Assembly (NCBI GenBank): GCA_964610575.1
Contig: CAZSYX010000002.1
Span: forward strand, 4,478-68,477
Direction of reading: 5' to 3'
DNA from: an uncultured Burkholderiaceae bacterium
GTDB lineage: Bacteria; Pseudomonadota; Gammaproteobacteria; Burkholderiales; Burkholderiaceae_F
DNA length: 64,000 bases
Part shown: positions 26,615 to 39,472 of the stretch, one piece after another
Numbering within the stretch: position 1 is the first letter of the stretch
How the letters are laid out: every line of letters begins with the position of its first letter
Position numbers and translations under genes: made by a program
The notes under the pieces: generated by a model
What the model was told of the DNA's origin: nothing
The model's input: only the letters and a program-made list of their open reading frames with translations
Database searches by the model: none

Positions 26615-28357
26615 TTACTCGTTGGTGCAGCCGAGCACTTCCTCCAGTGACGTGACGCCTTGCCTGACTTTCAGCAGGCCTGACTGCCGCAGGTTCTTCA
26701 CGCCTTCGCGCTGCGCCTGCTGGGCGATCTCGATCGAGCTGCCGCCCTTGAGGATGATGTGCTGTATGGCTTCCGTGACCGGCATAACTTCATAGATGCC
26801 GACGCGTCCCTTGTAGCCGGAGCCCTTGCAGCGGTCGCAGCCTACCGGCTTGTACGGCGCCCAGGATCCGTCCAGGTCTGCGCGCGAGAACCCGGCGGCA
26901 AGCAGCGCGTCCTCGCCGAGATCGGCCGTCTCCTTGCAGGTGCACAGTCGCCGCGCAAGTCGCTGCGCCGTGATCAGGATGACTGATGAGGCGATGTTGA
27001 ACGGCGGTACGCCCATGTTGGCGAGGCGCGTCAGCGTCGATGGTGCATCGTTGGTGTGCACCGTCGACATCACCATGTGGCCGGTCTGCGCCGCCTTGAC
27101 GGCGATATCGGCGGTCTCCAGGTCTCGGATCTCGCCGACCATGATGATGTCCGGATCCTGCCGCAGGAATGCACGCATCGCGTTGGCGAAGGTCAGGCCG
27201 GCCTTCTCATTGACGTTGACCTGGTTCAGGCCGGCGATCTGGATCTCCGCCGGATCCTCGGCAGTCGCGATATTGACTCCCGGCTGATTCAGGATGTTCA
27301 GGCAGGTATACAGCGACACGGTCTTGCCGCTGCCGGTCGGCCCAGTGACGAGCACCATCCCGTAGGGGCGCTTGATCGCATTGAGCAGGGTCGCTTTCTG
27401 CTCTGGCTCGTAGCCCAGCGCCTCGATGCCCAGTTTCGCTTGGCTCGGATCGAGGATCCGGACCACGACCTTTTCGCCGAACAGCGTGGGCAACGTACTG
27501 ACGCGAAAGTCGATTGCCCGCTGCGCGCTCAGCGCCAGTTTCATGCGGCCGTCCTGCGGCACCCGCTTCTCGGAAATGTCGAGCTTCGCGAGCACCTTGA
27601 TGCGTGTCACCAGCCGATCCTTGATGGCGAGCGGCGGCTGCGTCACCTCGCGCAGGATGCCGTCGACGCGGAAGCGGACGCGGTAGAACTTCTCGTACGG
27701 TTCGAAATGCAGGTCCGATGCGCCGTCACCGATGGCGTCGAGCAGCAGTTTCTGCAGGAACCGCACGACCGGCGCGTCGTCGATATCGATCGCCGAGTCG
27801 TCCTGGGCTGCGGTATCCGGCACCTCGGCCAGCAGCTCGCCGAAGTCGATGTCGTCGCCGACCAGTTTCTCCAGCACCTTGCCGGCGCTCTGAAAACTCG
27901 ACTCGATGATCTTCAGCAGCTTGTCGTGCTCGACGACGACAATCTCGAGCGCCAGTTGCGTCTGGAACTTGACCTGGTCCAGCGCCTGCACGTTGGTTGG
28001 ATCGGACACCGCCACGGCCAGGCGGTTGCCGCGCTTGCGAATCGCAAGCACGCGCAGCGAACTGACCAGCTTCTTGTCGATCACGTCTCCAGGCAGCTGA
28101 TCGGCGTCCACGGCGGCGAGGTCAAGGAGCGGGTGGCCGAACGTGTCAGCGGCGAAGCGCGCGATCTGACTCGACTGCAGGCCGGTCGCCTCGGCCGCGC
28201 CGATCAGTTCGTCAATGAAGAGCGTGTTCGACTGTGCCGCCTTGCGCGCGAGCGACTCGGCGCGATCTGGTCGCAGCTTGCCTTGCTGCACTAGCGCGCG
28301 CGCCAGCCCGGTCAGCGAACTGGCGGCCACAACAGGGTTCTGACTGACAGCAGACAC
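26615..28357 (-). CDS. pilB: type IV pilus assembly ATPase PilB
   Basis: Walker A GPTGSGKT, plus GEIRDLETA and the tetracysteine CTCK...CDRC. Start placed at in-frame GTG 28357, giving MSAVSQNP..LTGLARALV like known PilB N-termini. The track start at 28465 is also GTG and would add 36 non-PilB-like residues. Confidence 0.88.
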   Translation of the reverse strand: MSAVSQNPVVAASSLTGLARALVQQGKLRPDRAESLARKAAQSNTLFIDELIGAAEATGLQSSQIARFAADTFGHPLLDLAAVDADQLPGDVIDKKLVSSLRVLAIRKRGNRLAVAVSDPTNVQALDQVKFQTQLALEIVVVEHDKLLKIIESSFQSAGKVLEKLVGDDIDFGELLAEVPDTAAQDDSAIDIDDAPVVRFLQKLLLDAIGDGASDLHFEPYEKFYRVRFRVDGILREVTQPPLAIKDRLVTRIKVLAKLDISEKRVPQDGRMKLALSAQRAIDFRVSTLPTLFGEKVVVRILDPSQAKLGIEALGYEPEQKATLLNAIKRPYGMVLVTGPTGSGKTVSLYTCLNILNQPGVNIATAEDPAEIQIAGLNQVNVNEKAGLTFANAMRAFLRQDPDIIMVGEIRDLETADIAVKAAQTGHMVMSTVHTNDAPSTLTRLANMGVPPFNIASSVILITAQRLARRLCTCKETADLGEDALLAAGFSRADLDGSWAPYKPVGCDRCKGSGYKGRVGIYEVMPVTEAIQHIILKGGSSIEIAQQAQREGVKNLRQSGLLKVRQGVTSLEEVLGCTNE

Positions 28358-28517
28358 GTTGAACCTGCAAGAATGAGCAACCGCTTGATGATCAGAGGCA
28401 CATGCCGCCGATTGCCGGCGCTCCAGCGGGAGTGAGGACCCACGAAGCGAGAAAATAGTGCCCACGCGGCACGCTTTTGTAAAGCAGGCAAACGGTCACG
28501 ACAGCTCTGGAAACGGC

Positions 28518-29817
28518 CTAATCCGTCCCGCGTAAGCCGCTGGCGTTGGTCTGCGTGCGAATGAGGCGCGCGCTGCGCACCGCCTGCTCATCGGTCTGAA
28601 TGATCTCGGCAATGCAGCCTTCGTAGCGGATGCAGCAGGGAGCGTCCGGGATCTCCTGCAGTTGCTCCAGCAAGAGGCCGTTGAGGGTGCGGGGGCCGTC
28701 GAGCGGGAAGCGCAAGTGCAATCGACGGTTCAGCGCGCGCAGCGAGACGCTTCCATCGACGGTCACCTGACCATCCGCTGCCCACTGCAGCGCGGCGGTG
28801 TCGCTGCCGGGGGGCTGCGTGGAGAATTCACCGACGATTTCCTCAATGATGTCCTCGAGCGTCACCAGGCCACGCACGTCTCCGTACTCATCGACGACCA
28901 GGCCGACCCGCTGCCGGTTGTCCTGGAACATCTGCAGTTGCTGCAGGAGCGGCGTGCTGGTGGGGATGCAATAAGGGGGCACCATCCTTTCGCGGATCTG
29001 CTCGGCGGTCAGCGACTGCTCGCCAAGCAGGGGCAGCAGCTTGCGCACGTGCAGGATGCCGAGTACGCGCGCGATGTCGCCCTCGAACACCGGCAGCTTG
29101 TTGTGGTGGCAGGTCATCAGCTGCCTGCCGATGGCCTCCAGCGACTCCGAGACGTCGAGGCCTTCGATCCGGGCGCGCGGGGTCATGACGTCATCGACGG
29201 CCAGTCGCTCAAGGTCGAACAGGTTGAGCAGGATGCTGCGGTGCTTCGATGGAATGAAGTTTCCGCCCTCGAGGACGATCGTCCGGAGCTCCTGCGGCGT
29301 CAGCTTAGCTGCATCGGCGCTGCTGCGCTGACGGATGCGCAGTTATCCGCAGCACTGCGCGGACAAAGAGGTTCACGAACCACACCAGGGGCGAGGCCAG
29401 GTTCAACAGCACCGCCAGCACAAAGCTGGCTGGAAGGGCGATGCGCTCCGGGTAGGTCGCCCCGATGAGCTTCGGTGTGATCTCCGCGAATATGAGCAGT
29501 GCGAATATCAGCGAGCCGGCGGCGATCGCCAGCACCCACTCGCTCTGGCCGAAGTGATGGATCGCCAGGGCGGTGATCAGAGTCGCCAGGACATTGTTGA
29601 CAAGGTTGTTGCCGAGCAGGATGACGCCGAGCAGGCGGTCGGTCCGGTCGAGCAGGAACTGCGTCAGGCGGACAGCGCCGCTGCCTTTCCGCGCGAGATG
29701 TCGCAGCCGAAGGCGGCTGAGCGCCATCATCGCGGTCTCGGCCATAGAAAAGAAGGCCGAAAGCAGCAGCAGGATGGTGAGCGCAAGGACCTGCGCCCAT
29801 AACGGACGGCTTTCCAC
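28518..29817 (-). pseudogene. HlyC/CorC-family transporter (DUF21 + CBS pair + CorC_HlyC) interrupted by a 1-nt frameshift
   Basis: Track ORFs 29305..29817 (DUF21 TM domain) and 28518..29186 (CBS/CorC) are two halves of one gene. The downstream frame is open back to 29338 (LRIRQRSSADAAKLTPQELRTIVLEGG...). Removing one T of TT at 29343-29344 gives a continuous 432-aa protein (...AVLRILRIRQRSS...). Confidence 0.7.
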
Positions 29818-29864
29818 CCGGCGGCTCCCGCGGGCCGAGCAGCCTACAGGGGCAAGGAAGGAAG

Positions 29865-29941
<77 letters not shown>

Positions 29942-30005
29942 ACGACGCAGCGGCGACCACGCCAATTCGGTCGCCCCTGCCGGATTGCGAAGAACCGCCG
30001 CCAAG

Positions 30006-31013
30006 TCAGCGGTCGCGATCCATCGCGAAAAAAATTAAGTTTAACAAAGAATCCTTGAATGCCGACGGCGGCAGTAAGCGGGCCGCCGCCGCCGCACGTG
30101 CCGATTCATCGGCGGCACGGCTTCGAACGTATGCGATCGAGCCATTGGTCTGCACGATTCGGGCGATCTCGGCGAAGTCCCCGCCGCCTTCACGGATCAC
30201 CTTCTCGATGTGCTGCCGCTGGGTCGCGTTTGCGGAGCGCATGGCATGGATCAGCGGCAGCGTGACCTTCCCTTCGCGCAGGTCGTCGCCGAGCCGCTTG
30301 CCGATTTCCTCGACCTGGCCAGAGTAGTCAAGCACGTCATCGACCATCTGAAAGGCGATGCCGAGACCGGCCCCGTAGCGTGCCGCCGCCTCCTCCATGT
30401 CGGTGCTGGCGCCTGCAATCACCGCGGCGATGCGCGCGGCCGCCTCAAAAAGCGCTGCGGTCTTGCGCCCGACCACCTCCAGATAGCGCTTCTCGTCGAC
30501 CGAGGGGTCGTGCACGTTCATCAGCTGCAGGACCTCGCCTTCGGCGATCCGGTTGGTCGCGTCGGAAAGGATCTGCATCACGCGCATCTCGCCCTCCTCA
30601 ACCATCATCTGGAACGAGCGCGAGTAAAGAAAGTCGCCGACGAGAACACTGGCCGCGTTGCCGAAATGCGCATTCGCGGTTGCCCGGCCGCGGCGCAGCT
30701 CGGACTCGTCGACCACATCGTCATGCAGCAGGGTTGCGGTATGGATGAACTCGATCACCGCTGCCAGCAGGACATGTGCATTGCCGCTGTAGCCCAGGGC
30801 GCGGGAGAGAAGCAAGAGGACCGCCGGGCGAAGGCGTTTGCCGCCGGCCGCGATGATGTAGTCAGCGATGGTGCCGATCAGGGTGACGTCCGAAGAAAGG
30901 CGGGCGCGGATCGTGCGGTCGACCGAGCGCAGATCCTCGGCGATGGGTGTCAGGATCTGTGGCAGCGATCGGGGGGTGGCCGCCGTTTCGGCCAGCACGG
31001 GCGTCAAGGGCAT
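30006..31013 (-). CDS. ispB: octaprenyl (polyprenyl) diphosphate synthase
   Basis: Motifs GGKRLRP, LLHDDVVDESELRRG and FQMVDDVLD. ATG 31013 is preferred over the track start at 31043, which is TTG with no SD. Confidence 0.9.
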   Translation of the reverse strand: MPLTPVLAETAATPRSLPQILTPIAEDLRSVDRTIRARLSSDVTLIGTIADYIIAAGGKRLRPAVLLLLSRALGYSGNAHVLLAAVIEFIHTATLLHDDVVDESELRRGRATANAHFGNAASVLVGDFLYSRSFQMMVEEGEMRVMQILSDATNRIAEGEVLQLMNVHDPSVDEKRYLEVVGRKTAALFEAAARIAAVIAGASTDMEEAAARYGAGLGIAFQMVDDVLDYSGQVEEIGKRLGDDLREGKVTLPLIHAMRSANATQRQHIEKVIREGGGDFAEIARIVQTNGSIAYVRSRAADESARAAAAARLLPPSAFKDSLLNLIFFAMDRDR

Positions 31014-31140
31014 ACTCGCTTGCGAATTCGAGGCGGATGGCAATTATAGGTGGGCGTCCGCGCGCGCCTCGGGCAGACCGCTGCGACGGGCGCGCGGGGG
31101 TCGGCCAGGCGCGCCTTCGCAGATGGCGGCAGCGGTTGGT

Positions 31141-31169
31141 TTGACAGTCGGCCGACTAGGCGCGAAAAT
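31141..31169 (+). promoter_or_regulatory. putative sigma70 promoter of rplU-rpmA
   Basis: TTGACA (31141-31146), 17-nt spacer, GAAAAT (31164-31169). This would give a leader of ~100 nt before the rplU ATG. Confidence 0.45.
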
Positions 31170-31274
31170 ATCAAGCTTTCCAGAATCCTCGTGGGTCGCC
31201 GAACAGCAAAGGCGGCGGCTCCGATTGCCGGTTGGCGCAGCGCTGAAGTCGCGCGCCAGCCCAGGACGAACACC

Positions 31275-31583
31275 ATGTACGCAGTGATCAAGACAGGCGG
31301 CAAGCAGTATCGGGTCGCGGCCGGCCAGGCAATCAAGGTCGAGGCCATCGGCGCTGAGCCGGGCAGCGTAATCACCTTCGACGAGGTCCTGGCTGTCGGT
31401 GACGGCAGCGACCTGCGCATCGGCACGCCGCGCCTGCCGGGAGTGACGGTCAAGGCAACCGTGGTGGGCCACGGCCGTCATCCCAAGGTGACCATCTTCA
31501 AGATGCGCCGGCGCAAGCATTTTCAGAAGCATGCCGGGCACCGGCAGGATTTCACCGAGGTTCGCATCGACGCGATCGGCTGA
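31275..31583 (+). CDS. rplU: 50S ribosomal protein L21
   Basis: [15 protein letters not shown]-terminus, 102 aa. Confidence 0.96.
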   Translation: MYAVIKTGGKQYRVAAGQAIKVEAIGAEPGSVITFDEVLAVGDGSDLRIGTPRLPGVTVKATVVGHGRHPKVTIFKMRRRKHFQKHAGHRQDFTEVRIDAIG

Positions 31584-31612
31584 TCGGCGAGCATCGCGCA
31601 GAGAGACAGGAA

Positions 31613-31873
31613 ATGGCACACAAGAAAGCAGGCGGTTCATCGCGCAACGGTCGCGATTCCCAGGCCAAGCGGCTTGGCGTCAAAGTCTACGGCGGCGAGG
31701 CGATCAGCGCGGGTTCGATCATTCTTCGCCAGCGTGGCACCCAGTTTCATCCGGGCAGCAACGTCGGCATCGGACGCGATCACACGCTCTTCGCGCTGGT
31801 CGACGGCCACGTGCGCTTCGAGACCCGGGGCGCGCAGAACCGACGCACGGTGAGCGTCCAGACCGCGCAGTAA
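31613..31873 (+). CDS. rpmA: 50S ribosomal protein L27
   Basis: [25 protein letters not shown]-terminus. Confidence 0.97.
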   Translation: MAHKKAGGSSRNGRDSQAKRLGVKVYGGEAISAGSIILRQRGTQFHPGSNVGIGRDHTLFALVDGHVRFETRGAQNRRTVSVQTAQ

Positions 31874-31914
31874 GCCCGGCGCTCGCTGGCCGGAGGCCGG
31901 CAGCTGCGGGCGGC

Positions 31915-31950
31915 AAAGCCCTGTCCGTTGCCGGCAGGGCTTTTTTGTCT
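31915..31950 (+). terminator. rho-independent terminator/attenuator after rpmA
   Basis: AAAGCCCTG (31915-31923) pairs with CAGGGCTTT (31935-31943), with an inner CCG/CGG extension. Followed by a T6 run. Confidence 0.7.
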
Positions 31951-31956
31951 TCCTGA

Positions 31957-34112
<2,156 letters not shown>

Positions 34113-34134
34113 CAGCTGCGTTGCCCAGCTGCCG

Positions 34135-34707
34135 TTAAAAGGGCGCACTGCCGGCGTCGATGTCTTCCGACGGTGACGTTTCGGCTCGCTCGCTGCCCGG
34201 ACGCGGGCGTGTTTGGTCGGCGGCGCCGCGCGGCGGCCGGAACACATAGCGCGACAGCTCGGACAGCGCCTGCTGGTAGACGTCGCGCTTGAATTCGACA
34301 ACGGCATCGAGCGGCACCCAGTAAGGGTGCCAACGCCAGGCATCGAACTCCGGCTTTTCCGAACGGCGCAGGCAGAGGTCGCAGTCGCGTGCCATCAGCC
34401 GCAACAGGAACCAGATCTGCTTCTGGCCGCGATAGTTGCCCCGCAGCTCTCGCCGCATCCACTGCTCTGGAACGTCGTAGCGCAACCAGTCACGCGTGCG
34501 GGCCACGATCCTGACGTGCTCGGCGCGCAGGCCGATCTCCTCGTACAGCTCGCGGTACATCGCCTGCTCGGGCGATTCGCCGTACTTGATGCCGCCTTGC
34601 GGGAACTGCCAGGAATGTTGTCTTACACGCTTGCCCCAGAAGACCTCGTTGCGCAGGTTGAGCAGGATGATGCCGACATTCGGGCGATAGCCTTCCTTGT
34701 CCAGCAT
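34135..34707 (-). CDS. rppH: RNA pyrophosphohydrolase
   Basis: [17 protein letters not shown] start at ATG 34707. Nudix box [23 protein letters not shown]. Confidence 0.9.
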   Translation of the reverse strand: MLDKEGYRPNVGIILLNLRNEVFWGKRVRQHSWQFPQGGIKYGESPEQAMYRELYEEIGLRAEHVRIVARTRDWLRYDVPEQWMRRELRGNYRGQKQIWFLLRLMARDCDLCLRRSEKPEFDAWRWHPYWVPLDAVVEFKRDVYQQALSELSRYVFRPPRGAADQTRPRPGSERAETSPSEDIDAGSAPF

Positions 34708-34784
34708 GCGAACACCTGAAGCCTTATCATCTGCGGCCATTATATGACCCCGGCATCCGTGCGCGTGCGCGGAGACATGTTGCG

Positions 34785-36536
34785 ATGCGCGCCTCCAATT
34801 TCTTCATTTCCACTCTCAAAGAAGCGCCGGCTGACGCCGAGGTGATCAGCCACCGGCTGATGGTGCGGGCGGGAATGATCAAGAAGCTCGCGGCCGGCAT
34901 CTACAGCTACTTGCCCGTCGGGCTGCGGTCAATCCGCAAGATCGAGAACATCATCCGTGAGGAGATGAACCACGCCGGCGCCATCGAGTTGCTGATGCCG
35001 GTGGTGCAGCCGGCCGAGCTTTGGATGGAGTCCGGGCGCTGGTTCAAGATGGGGCCCGAACTGGCGCGGCTGAAGGACCGGCACGAACGGGACTTCGTGA
35101 TCCAGCCCACCTCCGAGGAGGTGATCGCCGACATCGTGCGCGAGCAGGTGAAGAGCTACAAGCAGCTGCCCGTCAACTTCTATCACATCCAGACGAAATT
35201 CCGGGATGAGCGGCGGCCGCGTTTCGGCCTGATGCGCGGCCGCGAGTTCACGATGAAGGACGCCTACTCCTTCGATCGCGACGACACCGGCGGCATGACG
35301 AGCTACCGTGCCATGTATGAGGCCTATGAGCGGATCTTCGCCCGCATGGGGCTCAAGTTCCGCGCCGTCGCTGCCGATACCGGCAACATCGGCGGGCAGG
35401 CCAGCCACGAGTTCCAAGTGATCGCGGACACCGGCGAAGACGCGATCGCCTACTGCCCGACGTCCGATTACGCCGCCAACATCGAAATGGCCGAGGCAAT
35501 GCCGCTCATCGCAGTGCGGCAGCTGCCGCGGGATGCGATGCGCAAGGTGCCGACGCCGGGCAAGGAGCGCTGCGAGGACGTCGCCGAACTGCTCGGCCTT
35601 CCTCTTGAGCGGACGGTCAAGTCGATCGTGCTTGCCGTCGACCGCAAGGATTCATCTGGCGGCGTGACCGGCTCGGAGATCCTGCTGCTGTTGATTCGCG
35701 GTGATCACGATCTGAACGAGGTGAAAGCTGGCAAGGTGCCTGGCCTGAAAGACGGGTTTCGATTTGCGACCGAGGCAGAGATCCGCGCCGCGTTCGGCTG
35801 CCGGCCGGGCTACCTGGGCCCGATCGGCACCCGGCAGCCAGTCAAGGTGGTCGCCGACCGCACGGTGGCGAACATGAGCGATTTCGTCTGCGGGGCAAAC
35901 GAAGAAGATTTCCATATCGCCGGTGTGAACTGGGGGCGAGATCTGCCGGAGCCCCAGCAGGTGGCGGACCTGCGCAACGTCGTGGCCGGCGATCCCTCGC
36001 CCGACGGGCAAGGAGTGCTGGCAATCCAGCGCGGCATCGAAGTCGGCCATGTGTTCGCTGGGTTGCCCTATGCCGAATCGATGCGGCTCACCTTCACCGA
36101 CGAAAGCGGCCAGCAGAAGCCGGTAGTGATGGGCTGTTATGGCATCGGCGTCACTCGGCTCCTCGGGGCGGCAATCGAGCAGAACCACGATGAGCGCGGA
36201 ATCATCTGGCCAGAGCCGATCGCGCCATTTTCAGTAGTGATCTGTCCCGTCAACTACCGGCAATCGGCGGCCGTCCGGCAGGTTGCCGACGAACTGCACG
36301 AAGAGCTGGAATCGGCGGGTATCGACGTGATCATCGACGATCGCGGCGAACGGCCCGGGTCGATGTTTGCCGACTGGGAACTGATCGGCGTTCCGCACCG
36401 GATCACCGTGGGCGAACGCGGTCTGAAGACCGGACAGGTCGAGTACGCGCATCGGCGTAGCCTGCAGGCGAATGTCGTGCCTCTCGCAGATGCCGTCGGA
36501 CTGGTCGCGCAGCAGATTGCCGCTGGACGAAGCTGA
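34785..36536 (+). CDS. proS: proline--tRNA ligase
   Basis: 583 aa. Class II motifs [21 protein letters not shown] and [11 protein letters not shown], plus an editing-domain insert. Confidence 0.95.
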   Translation: MRASNFFISTLKEAPADAEVISHRLMVRAGMIKKLAAGIYSYLPVGLRSIRKIENIIREEMNHAGAIELLMPVVQPAELWMESGRWFKMGPELARLKDRHERDFVIQPTSEEVIADIVREQVKSYKQLPVNFYHIQTKFRDERRPRFGLMRGREFTMKDAYSFDRDDTGGMTSYRAMYEAYERIFARMGLKFRAVAADTGNIGGQASHEFQVIADTGEDAIAYCPTSDYAANIEMAEAMPLIAVRQLPRDAMRKVPTPGKERCEDVAELLGLPLERTVKSIVLAVDRKDSSGGVTGSEILLLLIRGDHDLNEVKAGKVPGLKDGFRFATEAEIRAAFGCRPGYLGPIGTRQPVKVVADRTVANMSDFVCGANEEDFHIAGVNWGRDLPEPQQVADLRNVVAGDPSPDGQGVLAIQRGIEVGHVFAGLPYAESMRLTFTDESGQQKPVVMGCYGIGVTRLLGAAIEQNHDERGIIWPEPIAPFSVVICPVNYRQSAAVRQVADELHEELESAGIDVIIDDRGERPGSMFADWELIGVPHRITVGERGLKTGQVEYAHRRSLQANVVPLADAVGLVAQQIAAGRS

Positions 36537-37173
36537 CCGGCGCCGGCGGCGGCGGCTCCTCGGCGCGCTGGCCGCCCCGGCCCTGGCGGGGTTGCCTTTT
36601 CAGGCGCGGGGCGGCGCCCAGATCTATGAACCGATGGCCGACGCCGTGCGCGCAGCGCTGGCGGCGCGCATCGCCGACAGCGCGCCGCCGCAGCGGCGCA
36701 TCACCGATATCGGCGAGCGCATCGAGTTCATCGACTGGCTGAACGAGATGTCAGGCCGGCTGTTGCGGCCGAAGCCTGATTACCGCGAGCGCATCGAGTT
36801 CCTGCGCACACTCGACTACGAGGCGATTCGCGCCGGCCTCGACCGTCAGCTCGTTCTCGGACTGATCCAGGTGGAGAGCAATTTCCGCAAGTACGCGGTT
36901 TCAAGTGCAGGGGCGCGCGGCTACATGCAGGTGATGCCGTTCTGGACCAACGTCATCGGCGATGGCGATCCCCGCACGCTGTTCGACATGCGGACCAATC
37001 TTCGCTACGGCTGCGTGATCCTCCGCCACTATCTGGACATGGAGAAGGGCGATCTTTTCCTGGCGCTTGGCCGCTATAACGGCAGCCGCGGTCGCGCGGC
37101 GTATCCGGACGCGGTACTGGCGGCGTGGCATGGGCGCTGGGCCTACACGCCACGCAAGCCGGCGACAGGCTGA
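36472..37173 (+). CDS. lytic transglycosylase (SLT domain) with an Arg-rich signal peptide
   Basis: Motif [25 protein letters not shown] and an N-terminal [23 protein letters not shown]. The only in-frame ATGs (36472, 36490) lie inside the proS 3' end. Confidence 0.8.
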   Translation: MSCLSQMPSDWSRSRLPLDEADRRRRRRLLGALAAPALAGLPFQARGGAQIYEPMADAVRAALAARIADSAPPQRRITDIGERIEFIDWLNEMSGRLLRPKPDYRERIEFLRTLDYEAIRAGLDRQLVLGLIQVESNFRKYAVSSAGARGYMQVMPFWTNVIGDGDPRTLFDMRTNLRYGCVILRHYLDMEKGDLFLALGRYNGSRGRAAYPDAVLAAWHGRWAYTPRKPATG

Positions 37174-37202
37174 TCCGGCGCGGCCGCGGGCGGGCGGCGC
37201 GG

Positions 37203-38594
37203 TCAGCGCTTCGGCAGTCCGGGCGGGCCGCCGCGCAGCGAGGCCAGGCCGCCCATGGCGCGCATCATCTTCGACAGGCCGCCCTTCTTCATCTGCTTCA
37301 TCATTGACCGCATCTGCTCGAACTGGCTGAGCAGACGGTTGACTTCCTGCACTGGCACGCCGCTGCCGGCGGCGATGCGCCGCTTGCGCGACGCCTTGAG
37401 CAACTCCGGCTTGGCGCGCTCCGCCGGCGTCATCGAATTGATGATTCCCTCGATGCGGCGAACCTGGCGATCGGCGTCCTTGTCGCTGACTTGTCCGGCC
37501 GCGGCGGCCAGCTGCGCCGGCAGCTTGTCCAGCAGGCCGGAAAGGCCGCCCATCTTGCGCATCTGTCCCATCTGCTCCTTGAAGTCGTTCAGGTCGAAGC
37601 GATCGCCGGCCTGGATCTTCTTGGCCAGTTTCTCTGCCGACTGCAGGTCGACCGCCTTGCGCACGTCCTCGACCAGTGCGACCACGTCGCCCATGCCGAG
37701 CACGCGGCGGGCCATGCGCTCCGGGTCGAACCGCTCCAGGCCGCCGATCCGCTCGGCCACACCGATGAACTTGATCGGCGTGCCGGTCACTTGGCGCACC
37801 GACAGCGCGGCACCGCCGCGCGCGTCGCCATCGAGCTTGGTCAGGATGACGCCGGTCAGTGGCAAACGTTCTGCAAATGCCCGCGCGGTGTTGACCGCGT
37901 CCTGCCCGAGCATGCTGTCGACCACGAACAGCGTCTCGACCGGCTTGACCGCGGCATGAAGCGCGGCGACCTCCTGCATCATTGCATCGTCGATCGCCAG
38001 TCGGCCGGCAGTGTCGACGATCAGCACGTCGAAATAGTGACGCCGGGCGTGATCCAGCGCCCGTTGCGCGATGTCCACAGGCGCGTCATCGGCCTGGCTG
38101 TGGAAGAACTGTGCGCCGGCCTGCTCGCTGACCGTCTGCAGCTGCTCGATCGCGGCCGGGCGGTACACGTCGGTGGACACCAGCAGGACCTTCTTCTTGC
38201 GCTCGTCGATCAGCCACTTTGCTAGCTTGGCCGCGGTGGTCGTCTTGCCGGCGCCCTGCAGGCCGGCAAGTAGGATGACCGCCGGGGGCTGCACCGCGAG
38301 GCTGAGTTCACGCGCCGCCGGCGGCAGATCGCCGCCCATCAGCGTCGTCAGTTCGCGTTGCACGACGCCGACCAGCGCCTGGCCCGGCGTCAGGCTGCCG
38401 ACCACTTCTTCGCCGACTGCCTTGTCCCTGACGCGGGCGATGAAGTCTCGGACGACGGGCAGCGCCACGTCGGCCTCGAGCAGCGCCACGCGCACCTCGC
38501 GCAGCATTTCCTGTGTGTTGGCCTCGGTCAGGCGAGCCTGCCCGCGCATCGTCTTGACGACGCGTGCCAGGCGTTCGGTCAGTGAATCAAGCAT
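37203..38594 (-). CDS. ffh: signal recognition particle protein Ffh
   Basis: Motifs GLQGAGKTTT, DTAGR and TKLDGDARGG, with a Met-rich M domain. Confidence 0.96.
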   Translation of the reverse strand: MLDSLTERLARVVKTMRGQARLTEANTQEMLREVRVALLEADVALPVVRDFIARVRDKAVGEEVVGSLTPGQALVGVVQRELTTLMGGDLPPAARELSLAVQPPAVILLAGLQGAGKTTTAAKLAKWLIDERKKKVLLVSTDVYRPAAIEQLQTVSEQAGAQFFHSQADDAPVDIAQRALDHARRHYFDVLIVDTAGRLAIDDAMMQEVAALHAAVKPVETLFVVDSMLGQDAVNTARAFAERLPLTGVILTKLDGDARGGAALSVRQVTGTPIKFIGVAERIGGLERFDPERMARRVLGMGDVVALVEDVRKAVDLQSAEKLAKKIQAGDRFDLNDFKEQMGQMRKMGGLSGLLDKLPAQLAAAAGQVSDKDADRQVRRIEGIINSMTPAERAKPELLKASRKRRIAAGSGVPVQEVNRLLSQFEQMRSMMKQMKKGGLSKMMRAMGGLASLRGGPPGLPKR

Positions 38595-38641
38595 CGGAGG
38601 AAGCGCGCTCGAGGAGGTCGGCGCGTGCTATATAAACAGCT

Positions 38642-39472
38642 ATGAGAATGCATGGATTCTACGGGGCCGGTGCAGCTGTCGTGGCCGCGGCGTACCTGGT
38701 GCTGGCGTGGGTGACGTGGCGAACGCTGGAGGCTCCCGAGAGGACCGCGCGCTGGCGCGCCGCGCTGCTGCCGGTGCTGGCCGCAGCGCATGCGGTGCTG
38801 CTCGGCATGGCCATCTCGAGCGGCGGCGAGTTCCGTTTTGGCTTCGCGCAGGCGCTGTCGGCGACGCTGCTGCTGGCTGTCCTGGTGCTCTGGGTCGAGG
38901 GGATGTTTGTGCCGGTGCGCGGACTGGATGTGCTGGTGCTGCCAGCCGCCGCGGTCTGCGTTCTGCTGCCGCTCGGTTTCCAGGGCGCCGCGATCGGGGC
39001 CGGCGTCGATTCCACCGCACTGCGACTGCACCTGCTGGTGGCGATCGCGGCCTACAGCCTGTTCACCATTGCCGCGCTGCACGCATTGCTGATGGCCCTG
39101 CTGGACCGTCGGCTGCACTCGGCGCTGCAGGCGCAGGGGCTGGGGCGTATCTTTGGCCAGTTGCCGTCGTTGCTGGCGCTTGAGAAGCTGCTCTTCCAAC
39201 TGATCGCAGTGGGTTTCCTGCTGCTGACTGCCACCCTGGTCACCGGGGTGTTCTTCTCCGAGCAGCTCTTCGGCCGCGCGCTGCGCTTCGAGCACAAGAC
39301 GGTGTTTACGATCGCCTCCTGGCTCGTCTTCGCCGGCCTCCTTGGCGGGCGCTTCGTGTTTGGCTGGCGCGGGCGAACGGCGCTGCGCTGGACGTTTGCC
39401 GGTTTCCTGATGCTGCTGCTCGCCTATGTGGGCAGCCGGTTCGTTCTGGAAGTGATCCTCGGGCGTGTCTGA
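38642..39472 (+). CDS. ypjD: cytochrome c assembly family membrane protein (YpjD/CcsA-like)
   Basis: Polytopic membrane protein. It is divergent from ffh, which is the usual ypjD position. Confidence 0.7.
   Translation: MRMHGFYGAGAAVVAAAYLVLAWVTWRTLEAPERTARWRAALLPVLAAAHAVLLGMAISSGGEFRFGFAQALSATLLLAVLVLWVEGMFVPVRGLDVLVLPAAAVCVLLPLGFQGAAIGAGVDSTALRLHLLVAIAAYSLFTIAALHALLMALLDRRLHSALQAQGLGRIFGQLPSLLALEKLLFQLIAVGFLLLTATLVTGVFFSEQLFGRALRFEHKTVFTIASWLVFAGLLGGRFVFGWRGRTALRWTFAGFLMLLLAYVGSRFVLEVILGRV

Noticed and set aside
28466-28517. GGCAC-containing sequences upstream of pilB, checked as sigma54 (GG-N10-GC) promoters
   Set aside because: On the pilB strand the best alignment, GGGCAC-N5-TCTC, lacks the -12 GC element. 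The plus-strand match points into the 3' end of a convergent gene.
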